Below, one piece after another: positions 1-9,981 of a DNA stretch of 54,374 nucleotides. The stretch lies in NCBI GenBank assembly GCA_000934665.2, contig JYFJ02002582.1:1-54374 (forward strand), read 5' to 3'. This DNA is from Catajapyx aquilonaris. Taxonomy: Eukaryota. The position numbers and the translations under genes were made by a program. How positions within the stretch are numbered: position 1 is the first letter of the stretch; every line of letters begins with the position of its first letter. The notes beneath the pieces were generated by a model that searched no databases, had not been told where the DNA came from, and was given only the letters and a program-made list of their open reading frames with translations.

Positions 1-111
1 ATATCCGTGTCGACTGTACGCTATAAGACAAGCAGGTAATCTATCACAGATATGTACCCCTATCTTTACCAGCACCCGAACATACCCGGGCAACGCCGGG
101 TAACCTGCTAG
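1..111 (+). mobile_element. 3' terminus of a Helitron (rolling-circle transposon), truncated by the window start
   Basis: Subterminal hairpin TACCCGG-GCAACG-CCGGGTA (83-102), followed 5 nt later by CTAG (108-111) and then T. This is the canonical Helitron 3' end. It lies inside the intron of the minus-strand gene at 156-317. Confidence 0.7.
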
Positions 112-155
112 TACGTTTGTATTTTCTAAGTGAGAGAAGGCTGTTGCTAACTAAC

Positions 156-317
156 CTGACAAGCTGAGCAGCAGACGCTTAGGGTGAACAGGATGATGTA
201 AAAGAATGCTGCTATGAAAGCCACAGGAAAGGCGATGAAGATCAAGAGAAGAAGCCATATGATGGCAGAGATGAAACCACAGCATCCACCACTGCTACCG
301 CCACCCCCAGAGGCCAT
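156..317 (-). CDS. First coding exon of a small hydrophobic (putative membrane) protein, paralog of 4780-5105; the downstream exon is presumably left of the window
   Basis: ATG at 317; 54 codons MASGGGGSSGGCCGFISAIIWLLLLIFIAFPVAFIAAFFYIILFTLSVCCSACQ, then a phase-0 donor GTTAGT at 155. Aligns without gaps to the 4935-5105 exon (IWLLxLIFxAFxVAxxxAxxYIxLxxxxVC), with the intron at the same position (VC+5). Below the ORF-track length cutoff. Confidence 0.85.
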
Positions 318-903
318 CCTTGCTTTGAGCTAATTTGCAGCTTTCCTCTGTAAAATCAATTCTATTTAGAAAAAAATTACACCACCAAATGTTTATAAAA
401 ATGGTTTCCATGGATGCTGAAATGCTACTCTGACCTGTGTTGCCAATGGGGTAATAAGTAATAATAATGCTCCAGAACTTGACTTGCAATACCCAAATAA
501 ATCACAATTGATTACCAATAGATATGACGGTAATCCCCATAATTACGGTACAGTACATGTTAATGTATGGTGCAGTACTAATACACCAGAGTCGTAGTTT
601 AGTACTTTAGTCTAAAATTATGTATACCCATGTGCAGGCATAATCTGCATAGTTGACTGGTATATCCACAGTTCCTCCGCACCAAAGCTCCGCACAATGA
701 ATATTGTTTCACGTAGTGTTATGGATGTGGCCAAGAATATTGCATTTTGGAAGGGTCTATTGATCAAGCAGGTTTGGCTGCCTGCTTCTTTGTGTAAACA
801 AATGACAGTCAGTGTTGACTTCTGAACTGGTAAATTCTCGAGTCTGGCCGGAGAGAGAAGGGTGAACTGTTTCGATTGAGAGTAAACTGAACCGGCCTGC
901 AAG

Positions 904-3264
904 ATGTTCACGGACGAGCCAGAATTTGAGAAGATCGAGGACAAGTTGGTTCCACTATGCCTGGAACCAATGGTGGTAGGGGAAGAGCTTATGCTCTTCG
1001 CCCTGGAAGAACAAATCCCAGCTGGAGAACTCGGGAAGTGGACTCGGGAAGTTGGGTTCAGCATACACAACATCAAAATTCTGCATTTGGAGCACAAAAG
1101 TACGTAGGAAAATTATTACACTTAATTGCTTTTTCACAAAATAGCTGTCATTATGGTGCATCTGGTGTGACCAAATTGTAGTAGAGTAGCTTTCATCATT
1201 TTGTCCATTGACCACTGTCCATATAACCCTGCTGAGACCCGTTCTCCCATCATTGCTCATGCAGATGTGCTGACCTTATGCAACATGAACCTGCTGACGA
1301 ATCTGACGCATCTGTACCTGAACAACAACCTGATCGAGGTGATCGAGAACCTGGAGCCCCTCGTGAACCTGGTGTGGCTGGACCTGGCCTTCAACCGCAT
1401 CCAGCGCATCGACGGCCTCACCACCCTGAGCCGACTCGAGTTCCTCTTCCTCAACAACAACCCCATACGCAAGCTAGAGAAGATGACCAAGCTCAAGGCC
1501 CTGGAGATCCTGACACTGGCCGAGTGCCATCTGCACGACATCAAGCACGTGGCCGAGGAGGTCAAGACCCTGCCCAACCTTAGGGCCATCAACCTGCAGG
1601 GGAACCCTCTCTGCAAGGAGCCCAACTACCCGGACTACCTCATCGGGAGCACTCCCAATCTCATGTACCTCAACTACAACAGGATCGACAGGGACCACAA
1701 GGAAATGGCCAGAGCCAAATACGAGTAAGCTATGTTGGCTTGGAGTGCCAGTGCTGCTAGATCAAGGTTCTCAGTTCTAGTGAATCAATTTCTTTTGGGG
1801 CAACTAATTCTTGGCCACACAATGTTCCTCACCAGCACCTCCTCTCAAACAAGGGCCCTACCAGAATAATCATGATGAGAAATAACTAGCCTACTGTGTG
1901 TAATTTTCTGAAAATGTTTGTCGTTATCCAGGGAAATAATGTCAGGGTTGGCTACCAGTAAGTCCAGCCGTATGTCACAAGACATGTTCCCTGACCTGGC
2001 ACTCACTGGTGACGATTCTGAATACGAGCTGCTGAAGCGAGAACACGAAAAGGCCTTTGTCGAAGGGATGGACGGATCCCGATTTTTCGACAGCCTGTTT
2101 GCAGAAGACAAGGAAGGGAGGCTCCTCTTGCAAGTGGAGAACAACAAGCAGCTCTATGAGGAGTTTAGGGAGGAATTTATTAAAGTAAGTTGGTTGACTT
2201 CAAACATGTAGGACAATGCAAAACGATGCTTGTCCCATTCAGGTATGCGAGGACCAGTTTGAGAAGGGCCGGAAGGAGCTTAAGGTCCGTGAAGAGGAGA
2301 TCCGCCAGTTCCAGGCGGCGACGGACAATGCCAGGGACCCGATATGGCGTACTGGCAAGGAGATGCTGGAGAGCTTCGAGGAGTACAAGGCTCGGATGAC
2401 CGAGAGGATGGACTCGATCCACCCGGATGACATTTCTCCAGACGCGGAGGAGATGGTGGCGCACGAGTCGGAGGTCTTCCGGGAGAGGTGCACCTCCATG
2501 TGGAGGAGGCTCATGCAGGACCAGGTCAACTACCGGAAGACCGTCGAGGACACCATCAAGGAGTTTGAGGTCAACATGACTGAGCTGGTCGACGGCTTCA
2601 TGGAGGGCTCTTCGGCCAACTTCTCACATTTGAGGGAGTTGGAGTACCAGTACAACGAGGCCATTCTGGGGGTTCTGGCCAGGGTGCTACAGAAGTTGCT
2701 CAGCAACGACCCCACTCTCAAGATGTCAGATGAGGCCAGGAAGGTTAATGTGTCTCCAGTTATGCAGAGTTAACGATTGCAACTTTACCAGTTAATATCT
2801 TTTGCATATTTACAGACCTTCACAGACAGGGACAAGGTGCTGCAGGCCCTTGCTACCTCCAAAGACACGCACATGGTTCTGATAGATGACCGAGAGGACC
2901 TATTTGCGACTCGAGTCAAGACCTACCTGTATGATTTGCTTGCCAGCGTCAGGAAGTGAGTAGGGAGTAGAGATGATCGAGCACTTTCTAAGTGATCTAT
3001 CCTCGTCCTTGTTTCAGCGAGCACCGAGAATACAAGATGACTCGGGTAATGGAAGTGAACCAGTACATTGATTCCCAGGAGAAGTTTTTCGAGAACCTGG
3101 AGCCAGTCAAAGCCTACATGGCCAGAAAGACGGTCAGGGCGCAGATGGAAGGGGTCGAGTTCATTGACGAGGAGGAGCTGCTCGCAGCGAAGAAGAAGAA
3201 GAAGAAAAAGAAGAAGAAGAAGAAGCAGGAAGAAGAAGAGAGAGAGGATGAAACAATAATATAA
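904..3264 (+). CDS. DRC3: Dynein regulatory complex subunit 3 (DRC3/LRRC48), ~598 aa, 6 exons
   Basis: Exons 904-1099, 1265-1724, 1932-2184, 2243-2743, 2816-2955, 3018-3264; all introns GT-AG, phases compatible, total 1797 nt. N-terminal SDS22-like LRRs (LTHLYLNNNLIEVIENLE, LVWLDLAFNRIQRIDGL) with an LRR cap (GNPLC..Y..Y), then HEKAFVEGMDG..FDSLFAED, coiled coil, S.D.H...IDDRED and RVMEVNQYID, all matching what I recall of the DRC3 family. Confidence 0.9.
3190..3245 (+). repeat. (AAG)n-rich coding microsatellite encoding the poly-Lys/poly-Glu tail of DRC3
   Basis: Sequence aagaagaagaagaagaaaaagaagaagaagaagaagcaggaagaagaagag; translates to 12 Lys followed by QEEEEREDE. Confidence 0.9.
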
Positions 3265-3592
3265 GAGCACTGATGTGCGGTCTCAGAGGCCTGGTTTTTA
3301 GTTCAGCTTTTTACAAGAAACATGCAATCTTAAAAAGGCTGGCACTACAAATGCCAATCCTTCCAACCAGGATGAATTTTACTCGGGAGTTCATAACTTA
3401 TACAAGTGAAGACTACTGCATGTCATTATGCAGATAAATTTTTGCAATATTTAGTTGCTTTTATTGGCTTGTTTCATCATCAAGAGGTTGTTAATATTAT
3501 TCTCATTCTTTTTACCAGCAAGGGATTGCAAAGAGTAGCTTACACTGAAGCAATGTTTTAATGAGCATAAGAAATAATTGTGAGGTATTAAT

Positions 3593-3698
3593 ATTTCAGC
3601 GATTTTTTGATGCATGAGGCATGTGCTCATAAGGACGAAGAAGAAATTCTCTCATTCATCCTTATTGCACTTGCCTCATGCATCAAAATCGTTGAAAT
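3593..3698. repeat. Degenerate inverted repeat (old fold-back/MITE-like element)
   Basis: Left arm atttcagcgattttttgatgcatgaggcatgtgctcataaggacgaa pairs with right arm ttcatccttattgcacttgcctcatgcatcaaaatcgttgaaat, with several mismatches and indels. Confidence 0.7.
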
Positions 3699-3920
3699 TA
3701 TCGACATGCTCATAATTTCCACCTACGAACTTTTATTTATCACGGCTAATTCATGTCGCTACTACAATTAAGCCTATATATAAAATACCTGAACCAGTTC
3801 TGGGAAATCCACATTCTGGTAAATCTCAAGAATGCCCGGTGGGTATTGATATTACATATTAGATTTGAAATCTCATCTGGCACATCTTGCATCTGTACAC
3901 CTAAAAATTTACGAGACTAA

Positions 3921-4047
3921 TGCCTGGTTGCACCAACAAAATTACCTGTCCGATAGCTCCTAACGGACCGATAGCACATGTTAAAAGGTCTACCTATCTG
4001 TCCATTAGGAGCTATCGGACCAGTAATTTTGTTGGTGCAACCAGGCA
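3921..4047. mobile_element. MITE, PIF/Harbinger-like (TAA target-site duplication)
   Basis: 54-bp terminal inverted repeats (tgcctggttgcaccaacaaaattac...) with 4 mismatches and a 19-nt spacer, flanked by TAA at 3918-3920 and 4048-4050. Confidence 0.8.
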
Positions 4048-4779
4048 TAAATATTTTCTTTGGCCATTAACTTGAAAGTAGGCTACTCTTTAAACAGACC
4101 CATTGTACTCTCCATGTAAAACAACACACCACTGATAATTGAAAATTATATTCTCGATTCATTTAGTACAAAATTTTAACAAGGAACCAGTCTTTGCCAA
4201 ACTATAATTATGTATACTAGTACTGTAGTACTAATGAGATTTTCACCTGAAATTAATAACCCTATGTCTAACTTCGATTATTCCACGCAGAAACATTAAT
4301 AATGACTTGAAGAAATTATTTTATTCATATGAAGTCAACCATGCAATGAATACAGTCTCAATTGAATATAATAGTAACATGAAATAAGGAGGGAAATTGC
4401 AAGAATGAAAGCGTCTTCTGATTACTATATTACTGCAATATTTTGAAGTAGCATTTGGCGTATTCTTTTCCAATTTAAATGATGATTTCTGTAACTGAAA
4501 AGCTAGCAGTTCCCTTATGGGGGCTTTTTTGCCCAACGGAAGCAGTCTCAAAATACAAAATGTCTGCAAAAAACATGCTATGTAGCAACATGGTATTTAT
4601 AAAAATATGTACTTTAGATGCAGCCCTGAGTATAACGGCAGCTTTTGAAACCATCGTAGGCCATCGGAAGTCTCACCCATCGACATCCAGATCTTAATGG
4701 CTCCACAACATATTTCGCAACACAATGACGGCAGTACAGATTGATTGTTTTGGTGTGGGTCAAGTGTCCTTTCAAACAC

Positions 4780-5105
4780 TCAGAAGACTTCTCCGAAGGT
4801 TTTCTGGTTCATCATGGCATCAGCGGAGGTGTGAGTGAACTGCACGCCTTTCAGCAACATGTCGGTCAGTGGCTGGTAAGTAATAAAAGTCAGGTTAGCT
4901 AATCATTTAAGTACATGGACAATATATTGCGTACCGTGAGGCCTTCTATGCAGACTGTGAAGGGGAGTAGGAGGATGTACCAGCCCGCACAAAACCCAGC
5001 CACGAAAAATGCGACGAAGATGAGGATGAGGAGCCAGATGACGAAGAAGAGAGGGCCTCCACTGCCCTTTCCGGATCCTTCTCCATCGCCACTGCCCGCG
5101 CCCAT
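4780..5105 (-). CDS. Small hydrophobic (putative membrane) protein, 87 aa, 2 coding exons, function unknown
   Basis: Exon 1 is 4935-5105 (MGAGSGDGEGSGKGSGGPLFFVIWLLILIFVAFFVAGFCAGWYILLLPFTVCIEGLT). A 62-nt GT-AG intron follows, then exon 2, 4780-4872 (PLTDMLLKGVQFTHTSADAMMNQKTFGEVF*). A 5'UTR acceptor (tttcag) lies just upstream of the ATG. Paralog at 156-317. Confidence 0.85.
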
Positions 5106-8100
5106 CGTATCTCACCACTGAAACATACAAACATCAGTCACAGCACTATCATCTGTCTCGTGAACTATACATCTCTTCTTTATTTACACAAGAGAGATTG
5201 TAAAACAAACCATGCACCGTGTTTCAACACTTGTGCAATTTTGGGGCCAATTTTTCACGGATAACATTTCGGCATTCATTACTTTAACTAATGAAATCAC
5301 TATTCGATGATGCAAATTATCTCGCGTCACGTAATACTTTGTTTCTTGCTTTATCAGCTTGAGTCGGATATCTTGAACGGTACTAGCTATATGAACTTAA
5401 TGCTTCATGGCCATGGCAACTTATCAGAGGAGATAAATTGCGCTAATCCGCGACGCCATAGAGAGTGGTTGTGCTAATGCTTCGATCGCGTTTCTCCACC
5501 TGCAATAATGCAATAATGTAACAATCTCTTAGCCTCAGACCAACAAACTGATGATCACCAGCATTTTGAATATGACCTTCCCGCTTTTGTGAACCAGGTA
5601 GCATATTATGTGAAAATAACTCACACGACCCTCTGATCCTAGTAACTGTACATGACTGCATGTGGTCAATTGGCAGTGATGAAATCTGGCCCACCACCCA
5701 TATACGCACCCTGAGGAGGCTCTCCTAGAGAGTCGGTCCCGAGACCCACGCCTCCTGAACGAATCCAGGAGCGTGGGACTCCCCTTCACAGCACAGAATC
5801 CGAACGAGGCCATCCCGAGGTGGTGGTGATCACTACCCCTCAAGTACCCGTTGTCAAAAAACCAAGGGTCTGCACCCCAAATTATGCCCGTTCATACAGC
5901 CGACTTCTGCAACACTACTAAAGCTCTCTCTCCTGATTCTCTTGCATGCCGCGTCCAATTGCATACACGCAGTTTATCTGGTGATAATCGCATTCAACCT
6001 TTGGTTTGCACTCCAGTATCTTAATGATAAGAAGCATGTGGGGTGGATGTGCAAATGAAAGAAGGCCGGCTAATCGCTCTGGTATGTGGCTGATGCGCAG
6101 GACATTAATAATACGCTTCTAACAATACGAGTGAGTGAAATTTGGGCGAATATTCACGTGGGCGATGATGTGTTGAGGCTGATATGGGACAGCAGCTGTC
6201 ACTACTCTAACAACATCACATTCAAACTCACGGTCAGGTGCATGTTGAATTAATGCGGGGGTTCATGCGGTGCAAGAATAAAACGTGCGTATTTATTTTC
6301 CACTCGACTGCCCAATGGGATTGGATCCAGCAAAATGTCATCGGCCTGTACCAGACAACAAAGTTTGCTTCAACACATGTGGATCAGGTCTGTCAGGACG
6401 TGGTAAATTCGAGTTTCCTTATTGTCGGTCAAATGTGATTGGGGGGTATATCAAACATTAACTTTTGGCCAACAATATTCTCTGGAATGACAGGATTTCC
6501 TGCTGTCCTTGATTCGTGTGACCCTCGCTCGTTACATTAAAACAGGACCAGAGAACGGAGGCAGCCCATTTAATTTGCCGACTTATATAATGGCTCTCGT
6601 CTTCATGGGTGGTGACTTAATTGTGATAAGTGGACATGAGCCCTGATATAGTGACGGGTGTAAAATGGCAAATTCTGGTCCAGATCCTTGAACCCCAAGC
6701 GCGATCTTTATTAGCACCCCCTATTATTCACTAAACGTGGCGGTTTTGACCTACATAAATTTAGAAGCAAAAATGCTAATGAAAATGAAGAGGATGAGTC
6801 ATTCTAAATCACATTCATTACCACCCTACTTATTTTAGTTGTTTAAATTTAACCAACTTTTAAATGTGCGAATGTCTCAGTACAGCTCAACACCGGAACT
6901 AATCGAGCTACGAGCAGTTATGGCTACTTGGTAAAGTCCAAAGGGCAACCAGCACTTTGTAGTAGGATAAACAATGCCATTACTTTGGTCTGGACAGGGC
7001 GTGAGAATATTACGCACTAGACAATCCGTGTATTCATTCGGATATTGCCACATTCTGCATTGCTTTCTACGGACCAGTCACTGAAGAATCTAAGCATAGG
7101 TAATTGTCACTTTGCCAAAAATATCCACAACACAAAATTGGGAGCACGTCCATTGTCGTCACCCACGGAAATAGCCACCCATAAAGTAATCTGCACTGGT
7201 AGCGCAATCGGCAATGACACAAGATATAACAGCCGGAATGTCCTTTCTTAGTGGCGATAACAGCATCATATCTAATCCCCGTATGGCCCTCACATTTCCT
7301 CCATTAGCGATACTATACACCCATCGTAATACTTGTAAGGCACTCACCGAAAATCCGACACAGCACACCACCCAGTTGGTAATCACCAAACCATAACACG
7401 TCTCCCAATGGAGAAAAGGGCAAGCCAAGGCCACCACCAGCATAGCCTCTAAACAACACCCTTACCACCTTACCCAGACGCTGCTGCTAGTGCTATAATA
7501 TCAACAGGTGTATATAAACGGGATACCTGTCTGCTGGCTCGTCTGAAATGTACGGGTGCTGTCCTCTGTCTAACCTCGCAGGTGCTATCGGATAGAAGGC
7601 AAATGTTAGTCGCACCGGATGAAGGAGAGGCTTGTACTGGTGTGGGAAGGACTTGAGACCTACCCAGCCCCAAGCAGCCTTCTCTTCCTCTGAGCCCTGT
7701 GCCGTGCTCCTCCGTTCAGACAGATAACACTTGACTTGGCTCTGCACACACACGCGTGCCGCGAATCCACACACGTCACACTACCACTCCGGCCGGTCTT
7801 CCAATGGGAATGTCGCACAGTGCGTACGTGGGACAGGAATGAACGAAAGGGTTGTCCTGCCACTGCACTTGGGTCATCTCATATTGGGTACACTGCAACT
7901 ACTACACTACGTGGTGCAGCCATTATGTCGCAAAGGGACAATCCTGTCTACTATAGGCACTATATGGTATAGTGCAGTTACTTCACCAGCGACAGAAAGT
8001 CTGGCCTTGATCCCAGCCTTCAACCAAATATTTGTGAAGAATGGCCATAAAAGTGTTACTGAAATAAATACTTCAGATCCAACTGATGCGTTTATGAAAG

Positions 8101-9981
8101 GGAGTGGAATGACCCCGTAAAAAGACAGGCCCACTTGTCTAGAACCACTGAAATAAGTGGCAACTTCTGGAGAGGGTTGAGGCCATCCCCACCCTACCCA
8201 TTCATATCCGGCCATTCTCCTTAGCTGCCATTTGTTACCGGACGGACTGTCTTTTTGATGTTGACAATAATAGTTTTTTTTGTGGGATTTTATTTGTGAA
8301 ATGTAAGGGATTTTTGCGGGTTACTGATTTCCGATCAGGATTTCCTGATTGAAATGCATGTGGGGCGCGGCCTTGAGTTGTGCGAAAGCTAGGCTTTGGG
8401 ACGATTCCAAGTGGCGAAGGCGGCTAAAAATATGTCGGTTTAAGTAGCTGTGCGAGGGTAGAGGACTTATCAACTGTTGTGGCTCGTTTGACTTGGCGAT
8501 GCCAGTCTAAGCCACACCCAGTGGTAATCAGGGTTGCAAATATTGCGAAAATCTGGGCACACGTTATGCGGCATACCTACCTGTGCCACTGCAAAACAAA
8601 TGTTTATTTCCTATTGCAACGACACTTTCTTGCTCTCATGTGAATGACTTCACTTCGTAAGTATGACGGGCCTCGAATTTTATTACACGGGATTTACAGG
8701 GTGAACCGGAACCATTTACATACGCACTGCGTCTATACTGTGCGACCGAGATCACAGTGATGTGGGGACATCATTCAGCAGGATCCCTATAGGATTCATA
8801 CACATGAAGCTGTGGAGCAGTAAGTTACTGACAGTGTCGGCTTATCAAAACAACGAAAAAATAGAGTTATAAATATTCAGTGCCTGGTGCTTACCCACAA
8901 ATTTAAAAAATTTTGAATCCTGAAAATGATTGGTCTTTAATTGCCCCTTTAATTCCGATTATCACTGTTTGGGATGGCAGCAGGGCATAGGTTCCGAGCG
9001 TGATGACCTCATCATGTCTCAATATAGGCCGCAGACTGTGAGAAGAAGCATGCCACAAGCACACATACTGTACATAGCCTACACAGGAAATGCAGCTGGT
9101 GTGCTTCAGTAAGTTGAGAGAGAAATCTTGCCTCGCTACGCCCACACCACTTGAGAAAAGTCCTGCAAGATATTAGTTTATCCGGCTGCAAAATTAGGAA
9201 GATCTGAAATTAAAATTATTAAGAGTCGCAATAAAAAATTTCACTGTGGTCACTCTCGGCAACGGTAACAAAACACGATCCTCGTCCCCCAACGGTTTGT
9301 TTATGTAAAGTATTTTAAATGGTGGCGTACTGAGAGTGAACAATCTGTATGATACAAAACAATTTTATTTTTTATATAAACTCTAAACAAATTATGGACA
9401 ATAGTTATCACATGACTATTTTTCTTCTTATTACATTTCAACACTCCTTATGCTACAGGCATTGTGCAATGGCAAATGCGGGTTTATTTACAAATTTCGA
9501 CAGATGTTACAGTGTGTGCAAGATGCAAATTTTAAAGTAAAATAGATCAGTTCTACTGCCTCACATCTAATTAACCAGTCCATAATTTTAACGCGCATAG
9601 TGGAACATAAATAACTTGTTAGGGATTCAGTTTTACAGCGGAAAATTAAACAGGATGCAATGAATGTACTGTATGCTATTAGAGATTTTTGAATAAATCT
9701 CTGAACCGTCGCCTGCACAATTGATAAAGTGTTGATATGTACAGTACACAATGCAGGCACGGTGAATGTGGCACTTGACAGGAATAAGTCTGGGACTTTC
9801 ATCCTTTATCCGGACCTGAAACGTCATCATTAGCAGCCAACATGATATCTGGTAGCACAAGAAATCGTTTCGCGGCAAAATAAACCGCTCAAATTTAGAA
9901 AATGTCTCAGTAATGGCTCAATTTTGAAAACTTTAAATGACTTGACACCCAGAGTATCAGTTGGCCGGTACATTCGCACAT

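Noticed and set aside
1257..2721. Several overlapping or antisense ORFs (1257-1625, 1278-1583, 2239-2529, 2530-2721 and others)
   Set aside because: Shadows of the GC3-rich DRC3 exons with no independent protein features.
7159..7500. Hydrophobic minus-strand ORF, and a frame containing WFG...LC reminiscent of a GPCR loop
   Set aside because: Upstream stops, no coherent exon chain and no other GPCR motifs.
8410..8425. AGTGGCGAAGGCGGCT resembles a conserved bacterial 16S rRNA segment
   Set aside because: Only about 16 nt match and the flanks are not collinear with 16S, so this is consistent with chance.
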